Below, in pieces: positions 10,751-20,179 of a stretch of DNA of 64,000 nucleotides (positions are counted from its first letter, which is position 1; the number at the start of each line of letters is the position of its first letter). The notes under the pieces were generated by a model. The model made no database searches. It saw only the letters and a list, made by a program, of their open reading frames with translations, and was not told where the DNA came from. Source of the DNA: Candidatus Versatilivorator sp. (lineage in GTDB: Bacteria > Acidobacteriota > Terriglobia > Versatilivoradales > Versatilivoraceae); assembly GCA_965207735.1 (NCBI GenBank), contig OZ242296.1, positions 2,528,001-2,592,000 on the forward strand. The letters run 5' to 3'. The position numbers and the translations under genes were made by a program.

Positions 10751-11677
10751 ATGATCACCTCGTTTCTGCTTGCAGTGGGCCGCACCTTCGCGGATGCGCT
10801 GCTACCCCCCATTTTCTTTGCCGGACTGGGAGTACTCACCGACCGGCTGTTGCACTTCGAGCTCCGTAGCCTGAGCCGTTTGTGTCTCTACATCCTGTCG
10901 CCTGCACTCCTCTTCTCTTCCCTCATGAAGGTGGAGGTCACCCTCGTGCAGGCGGGGCAAGTGGTTGCCTTCGTTTTTCTGGTCCTGACGGGCATGGCGT
11001 TGCTGGGTTGGATCTATGCCAGGCTCCGCCGCATGGATGGACCCACCACCGGCGCTGCCGTCATGGCGGCATCCTTCTTCAACGCCGTCACCCTGGGATT
11101 CCCCTTCGTGCTGTTCGCCTTCGGCGAGGAGGGGCTGCGCCTGGCCGCTGTCCTGGTGGCAACCAACTCTCTGCCGCACAACACCTGCGGCCTGTTCCTG
11201 GCTGCAAGGGGCATGCACGGAACCAGGCAGTCTCTTTGGAAGCTGGCTCGGATGCCGGTTCCCTACGCCATTCTGGCCGCCCTGCTTTTGCGCGCCTTCG
11301 AAATCCCATTGCCGGCCTCCGTCTTCGACCCCATCGATATCCTTGGCAGGGCGGGGATACCGGTATTGTTGATCACCATCGGAATGGAAGTGGGCCGCAT
11401 CCCGCTCCGGATGAACCACTCCGATGTCTGGGGAGTGGTTGTGCTCAGGCTCCTGGTCGGTCCCTTGTGGGCCTGGTGGGTCGCCTCGCTTGTCGGCCTG
11501 GGGGGCTTGTTGGGTCAGGTAGTGGTGCTGCAGGCAAGCATGCCGACCGCGATCATGCCGATCGTTTTCGCCCGAGAACTTGGAAGCAACGTTTCCTTCG
11601 TCTCCCGGGCGGTACTCTTCTCCACCCTGTCCAGCATCCTGACCCTTTCTCTGGTGCTGGCGATGGTCCGCCTCTAG
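10751..11677 (+). CDS. AEC (auxin efflux carrier) family transporter
   Basis: 308 aa, about 10 hydrophobic segments; PALLFSSL, N...LGFP..FAFG and QASMPTA motifs. Confidence 0.85.
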   Translation: MITSFLLAVGRTFADALLPPIFFAGLGVLTDRLLHFELRSLSRLCLYILSPALLFSSLMKVEVTLVQAGQVVAFVFLVLTGMALLGWIYARLRRMDGPTTGAAVMAASFFNAVTLGFPFVLFAFGEEGLRLAAVLVATNSLPHNTCGLFLAARGMHGTRQSLWKLARMPVPYAILAALLLRAFEIPLPASVFDPIDILGRAGIPVLLITIGMEVGRIPLRMNHSDVWGVVVLRLLVGPLWAWWVASLVGLGGLLGQVVVLQASMPTAIMPIVFARELGSNVSFVSRAVLFSTLSSILTLSLVLAMVRL

Positions 11678-11695
11678 CCCGCATTTCTCACCCGG
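11674..11695 (+). repeat. Solo copy of the MITE terminal repeat CTAGCCCGCATTTCTCACCCGG
   Basis: 21/22 identical to 57375-57396; its TAG is the stop codon of the AEC gene. Confidence 0.75.
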
Positions 11696-11777
11696 GGTAT
11701 GATAGCGACCATCCCGGGAGCACCAATCAGCGACCCGGTTTCATCGTCACACAATCTCGTCCCTCAGGAGAAATATA

Positions 11778-12554
11778 ATGAATGTTCGCGAGCTGTTCGA
11801 TCTTTCCGGTTGCACGGCCATCGTTACCGGGGGCACCGGACTCTATGGAACTCCCATGTCGGAAGCCCTGGCCGAAGCCGGGGCTCATGTGATCATCGCC
11901 TCCCGCAACAAGTCCCGCTGCCAGGAATGGGCGGCTCGACTGGTGGACCGGGGACTGAAGGCCAGCGGCGAAAGTTACGATCAAGGGAGCGAGGAATCGA
12001 TACTGGCATTTAGCGAGCGAGTGCTGGAGCAACAGGGCTCCGTCGATATTCTGGTCAACAACTCGGTGGGACGTTCCATGCGGAGCTATGCAGCCCCTCT
12101 GGATGACTGGAGGCAGTCCATGGAGGTCAATGGCACGGGACTCTTCGCCATCTCCCGAGCCTTTATGGATCCCATGATGAAGAGAAAAAAGGGGACCATC
12201 ATCAACATCGGCTCTGTTCAGGGTGTGGTTGCCCCGGACTTCAGCAACTATGCCGGCACCAATATGACCACGCCGCCCGACTATCAGTTTCACAAGCACG
12301 GCCTGGTGGGACTTACCAAGTATTTGGCGGCTTGGGCCGGGCCCCATGACGTTCGAGTGAACGCCATTTCACCGGGAGGATACAACCCGGAGGTGGCTAC
12401 CGAACCCTTCCTGTCGCAGTACAACCGTCGCGTCTTTCTGGGGAGAATGGCGGAATACGACGATATCAAAGGCGTGGTGCTCTTCCTGGCTTCCGAGGCT
12501 TCGCGTTACATCACCGGGCAGAACATCGTGCTGGACGGCGGCTATTGCACCTGA
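11778..12554 (+). CDS. Short-chain dehydrogenase/reductase (SDR)
   Basis: TGGTGLYG Rossmann motif, LVNNS, YQFHK (YxxxK), RVNAISPGG, YITGQNIVLDGG; AGGAG RBS. Confidence 0.93.
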   Translation: MNVRELFDLSGCTAIVTGGTGLYGTPMSEALAEAGAHVIIASRNKSRCQEWAARLVDRGLKASGESYDQGSEESILAFSERVLEQQGSVDILVNNSVGRSMRSYAAPLDDWRQSMEVNGTGLFAISRAFMDPMMKRKKGTIINIGSVQGVVAPDFSNYAGTNMTTPPDYQFHKHGLVGLTKYLAAWAGPHDVRVNAISPGGYNPEVATEPFLSQYNRRVFLGRMAEYDDIKGVVLFLASEASRYITGQNIVLDGGYCT

Positions 12555-12583
12555 GGGCGCCCGATCGAATCCCGGAAAGTTCA

Positions 12584-13497
12584 GCTTGTCTGAAACAACC
12601 GACAAGAGACAAAAGAAAAAGACTTATCCACGAAGGGGCACGAAGAACGACGAAGGGGCACTAAGGCGTTGAGGTTGACCGCGACGGGGTACCAAGGTCG
12701 CGAAGGGATGATCGATTTCTGATTGTTTCACTCTCGAATGATCCGCACGGCAGGGCGGGGGCCCGGCTTGCCTGAAACAACCGAAAAAAGACAAAAGAAA
12801 AAAGACTTATCCACGAAGGGGCACGAAGAACGACGAAGGGGCACTAAGGCGTTGAGGTTGACCGCGACGGGGTACCAAGGTCGCGAAGGGATGATCGATT
12901 TCTGCTTGTTTCACTCTCGAATGATCCGCACACCAGGGCGGGGGCGGGACTTGCCTGAAACAACCCCCTGTGCCGGGTGGCTCGAGATTGGTTCAAAGTC
13001 AGGCACGGGTAGGTTTTTGATTCCCATGGATGCACAGGATTTTTTCCGGAGACGGCTGGCTTGTATTCCTGGACATCCGCAAATCCGCACGCGATCATCG
13101 CCGGAGTCAGCGTTTCGTGCGTAGCGTCCCGTCCTGGTTATCCTGTGCATCCTGTGCATCCATGTTCAATTTATAGTCCTTCTCGATTGATCTTCCCCGT
13201 GGCGGGCCTTGGCTGGGCCCAACGCCCCGATTCCCAGTCAGCCTCCCGTGCAGCGGCCTCTGGTCCCATGAATCCTCTCTCTTGGGTTGCCGCTCAGTTT
13301 CCCTGCGATGGCGCACCCGGGTGGGCATTCGCCCCTGACGCCGTGACACCAACGTCACAATATTGCAGAAGCACCCGGGCGCCGCTCGTCATTGAAGGAG
13401 CTCCATCCCTATTCGTGCCTATTCGTGTTCATTCGTGGTTCGTCTTTTTTAACGATTGGGTGTTTTTCCTGGAATGATCCGCCCGGCAGGGCGGGGC
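12584..13497 (+). repeat. Modular repeat array 1: two near-identical 182/183-bp units plus a third unit with the same ends and different interior
   Basis: TGAAACAACC at 12591, 12773 and 12956. The unit end GAATGATCCGC(A/C)..CAGGGCGGGG recurs at 13472-13497. Confidence 0.9.
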
Positions 13498-14637
13498 TCA
13501 GCCAACCAGGCCCCTGAGTACCTCCTTGCAACGGCGGGCGACCACTTTCTCCTCACCCGGCTCCAGCATCCATGAACTCAACTCCAAGCGATTCCCCACG
13601 GTGGGAACGGGGGAGAGCTCAATTCGCGGTTCACCCTGCCGGAGCGCTTCCAGGAATTGCTCCTTGCTGAACTTGAGAACCCGGTCGTCCCATTCAATGG
13701 CCAAATGGGGAACCTGGCTGGAGATGACCGGCACGAAGTGGCTGGTTGTGATTCCCGGAATGCCACCAAAGGCCTCGCCAATGACCTCGAGCTGCCGCTC
13801 CCAACGTCTCCAATCGGCCTGGTGATCTCTTTTCAAGTAGAGTTCCAGGGCCTTGCAAAGACCGGCGATCTCCTCCTTGCCAACCTTGGACACCCGGCCG
13901 ATGCGGTCGGGATTGGGGGATGCGTTCAGAAAGGCAGCCCGAATCAGATCCTTGCGCCCCAACAGCAGACCGGACGATTGCGGCCCCCGGATTCCCTTGC
14001 CACCGCTGAAAGCCGCCAAATCAAATCCTAACCCGATCAAGTCGGTGAGATTTTCCACCGGTGGAATATCGGCCGCGGCATCGACCAGGCAGGGCACCCT
14101 GGCATTCCTGGCGATTTCAACATACTCCTTTCGTTGGATCTGCCCTCGGTGCTGGGCCATATTCAAGAAAAAAAGCATGGCAGTCCTGGAGCCGATGGCG
14201 GCTTCCAGTTCCCGCCGGCTTTCGACCTCAATCAACCGGACTCCAACGTTGCGAATGGCGTGGTCGTATTCCACCCGATGGGATTTCTGAAGGACGACTT
14301 CGTTCTTCATTCCCCGAGTGTCCGGGAGACGGCTCATCTTATCTTCGTCACACCCGGTCACACTGGCCGCGGTCCCCAACGTCAGCGCAGCCGCGCAGCC
14401 GCAAGTCACCAAAGCCGCCTCGGCGCCCAGCCAGGCGGCGATCTCTTGTCCTGCAGCTTCTTGCAGTTCCTGGATGGAGACGTATTGTGCGGAGGCCTCC
14501 TCCATGGACCGGAGCACCCGCGGAGCCATGAGGGAACCGCCGTACCGGGTGTAGCTGCCTCCAGCGTTGATGAAGGGGCGGAGACCCAGTCTTGCGTATA
14601 TTCCGGCTTGCTTGGATGGTGGGTTGGATTGAGCCAC
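13498..14637 (-). CDS. SelA-like PLP-dependent enzyme (DgaE-like / selenocysteine synthase-related)
   Basis: IY..LG.RPFINA.G, VDAAAD, FSGGKGIRGPQSSG (PLP lysine), KVGKEEI. The start at GTG 14637 is inferred; the ORF track extends to 14865. Confidence 0.8.
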   Translation of the reverse strand: MAQSNPPSKQAGIYARLGLRPFINAGGSYTRYGGSLMAPRVLRSMEEASAQYVSIQELQEAAGQEIAAWLGAEAALVTCGCAAALTLGTAASVTGCDEDKMSRLPDTRGMKNEVVLQKSHRVEYDHAIRNVGVRLIEVESRRELEAAIGSRTAMLFFLNMAQHRGQIQRKEYVEIARNARVPCLVDAAADIPPVENLTDLIGLGFDLAAFSGGKGIRGPQSSGLLLGRKDLIRAAFLNASPNPDRIGRVSKVGKEEIAGLCKALELYLKRDHQADWRRWERQLEVIGEAFGGIPGITTSHFVPVISSQVPHLAIEWDDRVLKFSKEQFLEALRQGEPRIELSPVPTVGNRLELSSWMLEPGEEKVVARRCKEVLRGLVG

Positions 14638-14908
14638 GATGTTCCGAACCCTTTCGCCGAGAAACTCCTTGCTTCTGAAACCGACTTGAAAGTAGCACAG
14701 TTTCCGCCGGGCTACAAAGGCGCGGAACCGGGACTTGAAGCTATTGAGGATCGAGCGATGCCTGTTGAAGGAACTCAGGGACGAATTGGCATTTCCGGGG
14801 GACTGGTCGGGAAATGATGGGGCGGATTTGGTCTCTTGCCAATGGAAGAAATGAAGGCGGGACACCGAAAATCCGGAAGCCCCACCTTCAACTGGAACCG
14901 AGTGCTCC

Positions 14909-15481
14909 TCAGGACTTCTGCACGACCAGCTTATTGGTCACCGAGAACACTCCTGCAACCCCAGAGGCCTTCAGAAAGGCGAAATGCTTGTCCGACTCAC
15001 TGATGACCGTGCCAACCAGGGTGACGTCTCCCTTGTTCACAATGATGCCGATGGCATCGTAATCGCCAAGGCTGTAGGGGAAAAGGCGGCTGCCTCCATG
15101 GTAAAGCTCCCGGTAGACCGCCAGTCGAATCTGGTCGTCATTGGGAGAGTTCGGCAACACCTCGATATCGTTCACGACACTGGAAACTTCCTCGATGCCC
15201 TGAACGACCCTTCCCGCGGCATTCTTCAGGCTTGGACTGGTGACCTGGCCAATCAACCGGACCTCATCGCCATCGAGCTGGAAGGCGAGGTGATCAAAGA
15301 CGGTGAAGTAGGGAAGCATCACCAGTTCGTGCCGAATTTTTCTCTCCAGCGGCCTCTGGTCCTGGACAACGGGGCTCTCAACTTCGGTTTTTGCTTCTAT
15401 CAGGTCGCCGGCCCGAGACGCCAACGGCACGCTGAGGAGCACCGCCACCAAAAAAGTCGTGACTTTATGTTTCGTTTTCAT
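14909..15481 (-). CDS. Dual BON-domain secreted protein
   Basis: Signal peptide; IRHELVMLPYFTVFD, V.L.GQV, VVNDIEVLP, IIV..GDVTLVG, GVFSVTNKL; GGAGG RBS. Confidence 0.88.
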   Translation of the reverse strand: MKTKHKVTTFLVAVLLSVPLASRAGDLIEAKTEVESPVVQDQRPLERKIRHELVMLPYFTVFDHLAFQLDGDEVRLIGQVTSPSLKNAAGRVVQGIEEVSSVVNDIEVLPNSPNDDQIRLAVYRELYHGGSRLFPYSLGDYDAIGIIVNKGDVTLVGTVISESDKHFAFLKASGVAGVFSVTNKLVVQKS

Positions 15482-15600
15482 GTTTTTTCGCCCTCCTTAT
15501 TGAATTCAGGCCTCGATTCCGACCAAGGGTGAATCGCTTCAAGGCCCGCTTGCTCAGGCACTCAGGCGGCCTGCTCTCCACCCGGTGCGATTGACATTTC

Positions 15601-15665
15601 TATAGACGCAAGTTTGGCCGCAAGCGATGTAAAGAGTCGGTAAACCCCATGTAAAGTTTTGTGAT
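15601..15665 (-). promoter_or_regulatory. CpxR-like four-box operator/promoter, site 1 (BON gene)
   Basis: GTAAA-6-GTAAA-6-GTAAA-5-GTGAT at 15629-15665, preceded by CAAGCG and TATAGACG. Same layout as the sites at 18668 and 20208. Confidence 0.75.
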
Positions 15666-15767
15666 CGCCCCGTCGGGGTCGCCGCCGCTTCGGCATGTCA
15701 GGAAGATAGGAGTTGGAACGGCAAATTCGGCGTAACCGGCCGGTAAGCCCCATCGTTCTACCTTCAG

Positions 15768-17582
15768 ATGTCGGAGAATTCCCCACCAGCCGGAACGGAA
15801 CCGAAGGATTACCCCTTCACCCAAAGGAGCTTCCCCGTGTGTCAAAAACGGTATTTTCAGATGATGGCGGCCGTTTCCCTGGTCCTGTGGTCGTCAAACC
15901 TGCACGCCGATTGGACTCGCTTTCGCGGCCCGAACGGCGCCGGTGTGAGCACTGAAAAGGGACCCCTCCCCATCCACTGGAACGGAACCCGCAACCTTCA
16001 ATGGAAGATCCCGCTGCCCGGACCGGGTTCCTCCAGTCCCATCGTGGTCGGCGACAAGGTCTTTGTGACCTACTGGTCGGGATATGGAATGGATCGCAGG
16101 AATCCCGGTGAGCTGAAGCAACTGCGCCGCCATCTGATCTGCATCGATCGCCGCACGGGCAAGACCCTCTGGTCCAAAGCCATCAAGGCCCGACTGCCGG
16201 AAATCCGTTACGGCAGGAGGATCGCTGAACACGGCTATGCCACCCACACACCGGTTTCCGATGGTGAGCACGTCTATGCCTTCTTTGGCAAGAGCGGAGT
16301 CTTTTGCTTCGACATGGACGGAAAGCAGGTCTGGCAAAGGCACGTGGGCATGGAATCGGATCCTGTTGGCCGCGGGTCCGCTTCAAGCCCCATAATCTAC
16401 AAGCACCTGCTCATTGTCACGGCCAGCGCCGAAAGGGAAGCCCTGGTCGGCCTGAACAGGAAGACAGGGGAAGAAGTCTGGAGGCAGGAGGCGGCGGGCT
16501 TGAACGCCACCTGGGGAACTCCCGCGTTGGCCCAGGCCGGACCCAACCGGACAGACCTCGTGATCGCTGTCCCCAGAGAGATCTGGGGGCTCAATCCGAA
16601 CACCGGCAGGCTGCGTTGGTATTCCTCGGGGCTGCGATCTTCCAATGCCAACTCCAGCGCGATTTCCCAAGGCGGCATCGTCTTTGCCGTCGAGTCGGGT
16701 GCGGGCGGCGGCGGCGGGATAGCCGTCCGTGCAGGGGGAACGGGTGACGTCACCGGGTCTCGCGTAGTCTGGTCTGCCCGTCACGCCAACCGAACGGCAA
16801 CACCCATCTTCTACCAGGGGCGGCTCTACACCTTCTCGAACCAGATCGTAACCTGCATCGACGCCGCAACCGGCACGGAGATCTTCAAGGCTCGCCTAAG
16901 GACCAACGGCGCTGTCCCGGCAACTCCGGGCAGCTTCAGAAGAGGTGGCGGATTTGGAGGCGACTATGCATCTCCCGTCATTGGCGACGGCAAGATCTAC
17001 TTTGTGACGCGCTCCGGGCAGGTCTTCGTGCTCAAGGCCAGTGACCGACTCGAGGTCTTGGGGGTCAATCACATGGGCGAAGAGGGCGAGGATTTCAGCG
17101 CCACGCCGGCCATCAGCCAGGGCCGCCTTTTCCTGCGCTCCAACCGAAACCTTTACTGCCTCGCACTCAGGGAGGATCCGGCCAGCTCCGCCAGGCAACG
17201 GCCTGAAGCCGCCCCTGCCCCTGCTCCGGAGGTCCGGGAAGTGCCGCCACCTTCGGCCCCACCGCCCGGACCGGGCCGATTCGGGGGCCGGCGGCGGGGC
17301 CGCGGCGGTTTCGATCCTTCCTGGATCTTTCAGCGTCGCGACGCCAATGGCGACGGCAAGCTCAGCGGCGAAGAGATTCCGGAACGAATGCGCGGCAACC
17401 TGGAAAGGATGGATACCGACGGTGACGGCGCGGTGACCCTGGCCGAGTTCCGGCAGGCAATGAGTCAGATGCGCGGGAGAAGCCGCGGTCGTTCTCCCGA
17501 CCGGGAAGGCGGGAGATTCGGCGGAAGGAATCGACGTCAGGGACGTCCCGAGAGGCCCCAGCGTCCCGAAATGGAAGGCTGA
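15768..17582 (+). CDS. PQQ-like (BamB-type) beta-propeller protein with C-terminal EF-hand pair and Arg/Gly-rich tail
   Basis: ADWTRFRGPNGAG, GPGSSSPIV.GD, ATPAI..GRLFLRS; EF loops DANGDGKLSGEE and DTDGDGAVTLAE. The start may be ATG 15861. Confidence 0.85.
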   Translation: MSENSPPAGTEPKDYPFTQRSFPVCQKRYFQMMAAVSLVLWSSNLHADWTRFRGPNGAGVSTEKGPLPIHWNGTRNLQWKIPLPGPGSSSPIVVGDKVFVTYWSGYGMDRRNPGELKQLRRHLICIDRRTGKTLWSKAIKARLPEIRYGRRIAEHGYATHTPVSDGEHVYAFFGKSGVFCFDMDGKQVWQRHVGMESDPVGRGSASSPIIYKHLLIVTASAEREALVGLNRKTGEEVWRQEAAGLNATWGTPALAQAGPNRTDLVIAVPREIWGLNPNTGRLRWYSSGLRSSNANSSAISQGGIVFAVESGAGGGGGIAVRAGGTGDVTGSRVVWSARHANRTATPIFYQGRLYTFSNQIVTCIDAATGTEIFKARLRTNGAVPATPGSFRRGGGFGGDYASPVIGDGKIYFVTRSGQVFVLKASDRLEVLGVNHMGEEGEDFSATPAISQGRLFLRSNRNLYCLALREDPASSARQRPEAAPAPAPEVREVPPPSAPPPGPGRFGGRRRGRGGFDPSWIFQRRDANGDGKLSGEEIPERMRGNLERMDTDGDGAVTLAEFRQAMSQMRGRSRGRSPDREGGRFGGRNRRQGRPERPQRPEMEG

Positions 17583-17597
17583 CTCCACTCTCCACTC

Positions 17598-18590
17598 TCA
17601 GGAGCGGCGCTTCAACCGGGGACGGTCGTCATCTTCCGGTTGCGGTTCGTCCTCCACTCCGACCTCGCCGGAGGTTCGGCGCTTCAGGCTGGGCCGCCCT
17701 TCTTTCTCTCCCGGTGAGGGTCTCCTGGCATTATCCATGGCGATGAGCCTGGCCTTGATCCTGTCAAACTCGGTGGTGTTGATCACGTACTGGTCGCGTT
17801 CCGGCAGAATCGTTTCAATGTTCGCCTGAGTCTTCTTGATCCGCTTGTGGGTTGGAGGATGGGTCGAGAAGGCCGTGGCCAGCTTGCCCCGCTTTTTCTT
17901 CTTCTGAGCCTGCAGTTTCTCAAAGAAGGATACAAACCCAATGGGGTCGTAACCGGTTTTGTACATGTACTGAAGACCCAGGTAGTCCGCCTCGTTCTCG
18001 GCCTTGCGGCTGAACCGCAGGAATTGCATCGGAATCAGGAAGCTGGATGCATTGTAGATCGCCGACGCGATCCCTCCGCTGAGAAAGATCAGGGGGATCA
18101 TGGCGTAGTTGGCTATGGTGGCCTTGGTTTGCTGCTCGGTGGCGTGGCGGGCGGTCACGTGGGCAATCTCATGGGCCATTACCCCGGCAATTTCCGATTC
18201 GCTGTCGGCGGCGGTGATCAATCCGCTGTTGACGTAGAGAAAGCCTCCGGGTAGGGCCATGGCATTGATCTCTTCCGAGTCGATCACCTTGATGGTAAAG
18301 GGCACCTTGGCGTCGGAATTGCGCACCAGGTTCTGGGCGATCCGGTTCACATACTCGGTGACTTCAGGATCCTCGACCAGCTTGACTTGACGTTCGATCT
18401 GCTGGGAAAGCTGACGGCCCAGAGCCATCTCCTTCTCGATTGAAATGATATTCAAGTTCCCCTTGTTGACGTTTCGATTCCCTATCTCGTCCAGGTCGGA
18501 GTTCTTGGGGGCCTTGGCAAACGACGGTACGCCGCCGACAAGACTCATGGTCAAACAGGGTGTGATCACATATTTCTTGAGAAACTGCAT
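17598..18590 (-). CDS. M48 family metalloprotease (BepA/HtpX-like), secreted
   Basis: INAMALPGG, AHEIAH (HExxH), FSR.AE.EAD, STHP; start ATG 18590 after AAGGAGG. Confidence 0.92.
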   Translation of the reverse strand: MQFLKKYVITPCLTMSLVGGVPSFAKAPKNSDLDEIGNRNVNKGNLNIISIEKEMALGRQLSQQIERQVKLVEDPEVTEYVNRIAQNLVRNSDAKVPFTIKVIDSEEINAMALPGGFLYVNSGLITAADSESEIAGVMAHEIAHVTARHATEQQTKATIANYAMIPLIFLSGGIASAIYNASSFLIPMQFLRFSRKAENEADYLGLQYMYKTGYDPIGFVSFFEKLQAQKKKKRGKLATAFSTHPPTHKRIKKTQANIETILPERDQYVINTTEFDRIKARLIAMDNARRPSPGEKEGRPSLKRRTSGEVGVEDEPQPEDDDRPRLKRRS

Positions 18591-18639
18591 GAAGCCCTCC
18601 TTCTCGGGATTCACGTCCCGTAGATTACTTGCCTACAGG

Positions 18640-18704
18640 ATCAGATGCCGATCGAGGCACAAGCGAGGTAAAGAGTCGGTCAACGTTACGTAAAGATTCG
18701 TCAA
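18640..18704 (-). promoter_or_regulatory. CpxR-like four-box operator/promoter, site 2 (M48 gene)
   Basis: GTAAA-6-GTCAA-6-GTAAA-5-GTCAA at 18668-18704, preceded by CAAGCG. Confidence 0.75.
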
Positions 18705-18789
18705 GACTGGAGACTCTCCCCCAATGGCCTTGCGGAAAGACCACTGGGAGAGTTCCCTCGACTATCGGGCCAGGCGGATCGCCGTCAGG

Positions 18790-19380
18790 TCAGCGAGCCG
18801 GTTCCTTCAGGTAGACCAGGGTTTGAGTTCGCTCCCGGGGTCCGCCAGTGGTGGTTCTCACCACGGTCATGGTCTTGCCGTCATCGGAGAGGCTGCGAAC
18901 CTCCTTCACGTCCATCGGCCCCATGCGGGTTTCCATGCTGGTTTGAGTAACCAGCCGATTCCCTTCCCAATGGGTCCTCGAGGGTATGGACATGCCACCG
19001 AATCCCGGGTTGGTCGACTCTTTTCCGTCCGTGGTGAAACTGGATGTCCGGACCCGCTCTTCGCCCCCGAAATTCATCGATTGCTTGATGACGAGCTGCT
19101 GCTCCTTGTGATCGATGGTCAAAGGGCCTCTCGTACCTCCCCGGCCCCTGCGACCCATGCCGCGCCGGCCGGGACCTCCGCTTCCCTGGCGGGCGCCTTC
19201 ACCTGGCCTGCCGGCGCCGAAACGGCCGGAGCCAGGACCGCGGCCGCCACGGCCCAACTCACTTCTCTCGGGATCCAGCGTCCAGGTGCCGGAGAAGTTG
19301 GGCTTTTCGCCCGCCAGCACCACCAGGGACAGCCCCAAAAACAGGATCACCGAAAAGGTAATTGCTCTCTTGGTTCCCAT
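18790..19380 (-). CDS. Secreted hypothetical protein with lipocalin-like beta-barrel motif and Gly/Arg-rich insert
   Basis: Start ATG 19380 after GGAGGA; signal peptide; PNFSGTWTLD, WEGNRLV, LSDDGKTMTV, LVYLK. Confidence 0.75.
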   Translation of the reverse strand: MGTKRAITFSVILFLGLSLVVLAGEKPNFSGTWTLDPERSELGRGGRGPGSGRFGAGRPGEGARQGSGGPGRRGMGRRGRGGTRGPLTIDHKEQQLVIKQSMNFGGEERVRTSSFTTDGKESTNPGFGGMSIPSRTHWEGNRLVTQTSMETRMGPMDVKEVRSLSDDGKTMTVVRTTTGGPRERTQTLVYLKEPAR

Positions 19381-19484
19381 CGCTTCCTCCCCTTTTTCAA
19401 TTTCACTCCTGGTTAATCGCCGAAAGTTGGCGTTCGACCTTCTCCAGTCCGAGCCCGGACCGCCTGTCGCGGCCGGGCCAATAA

Positions 19485-19516
19485 GGTTGGGCCCGACCTG
19501 AGAGTCGGGCCCAACC
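19485..19516. repeat. REP-like perfect hairpin (13-bp stem)
   Basis: GGTTGGGCCCGAC-CTGAGA-GTCGGGCCCAACC between two co-directional genes; no U tract. Confidence 0.6.
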
Positions 19517-19561
19517 CGTCGCTTCCAGAATGGCACACTGCGCCGTGGCGATGTCCAGGGA

Positions 19562-20107
19562 TTACTCTCCGCCAGGGGAGTCGCCGGATCGCTGGTGTCG
19601 CCGTTGCTTGCGCTTTTCCCAGCGGGCTTTTCGCTTCTCTTGAATCGAGCTCCATTTCTGCTGCTGCTCCGGCGTCAGGACATTCTTGAGATCCAACCGC
19701 GTCTTGGCGCCGATGGCCACCAACTGGCCCTGGAGCTTGCCCTGCTGGGTGGCCAACGTGTCGATCTTGGCCGTCTCCCCTGCCTTGACGGCTTCGCGCA
19801 GGGCCTTGCGGCCGGACCGCAACTGCTTGCGGATCGGTTTGGATTGATCCCGGGCAGCCGTTCGAATCTTCTTGATGTCGGCCTGTTGGGCTTCGGTCAA
19901 GCCCAGGAACTCGGCCATCATCGCACCCCGCATCCCGATCCTGCCCTTGCCGCCGGGGCCTCTCCCCCGACCGCCTCCACCCCCGAAGCCTGCGAACTGG
20001 CCAAAGGCGGATTCCACCAGCAGAATCGACGCCAGGGCGAAAACCGAGACCATCACTCCTCTTGCCAGAATCTTTCCCGTTTGGGACTTGTTCGAAACTT
20101 GAAACAT
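19562..20107 (-). CDS. Spy/CpxP family periplasmic chaperone
   Basis: Two LTxxQ motifs (LGLTEAQQ, VLTPEQQQKW), signal peptide, AAGGAGG RBS; divergent from the cpxRA-like pair. Confidence 0.9.
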   Translation of the reverse strand: MFQVSNKSQTGKILARGVMVSVFALASILLVESAFGQFAGFGGGGGRGRGPGGKGRIGMRGAMMAEFLGLTEAQQADIKKIRTAARDQSKPIRKQLRSGRKALREAVKAGETAKIDTLATQQGKLQGQLVAIGAKTRLDLKNVLTPEQQQKWSSIQEKRKARWEKRKQRRHQRSGDSPGGE

Positions 20108-20179
20108 TTGAGTTTCCTCCTTTTCTGGAATTTTCAAGAGCCCCAACTGCAACCTTGCTCCTCGCCTGACTCTTACCCC

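Noticed and set aside
12624-12632. TTATCCACG inside each repeat unit as a DnaA box
   Set aside because: One mismatch at the conserved last base and single per unit; it is part of the CCACGAAG module.
12584-12965. CRISPR array interpretation of the tandem repeats (also 42738-43122)
   Set aside because: Units are 182-184 bp and nearly identical along their whole length; there are no unique spacers and no cas genes.
12723-13477. Short ORFs in the repeat arrays (also 42745-43120 and 50072-50269)
   Set aside because: They are translations of repeat DNA with no RBS or recognisable motif, and frames are not kept between copies.
13498-14865. True selA and a selenocysteine system
   Set aside because: The protein is shorter than SelA and of the SelA-like/DgaE type; no selB, selD or tRNA-Sec is in the window.
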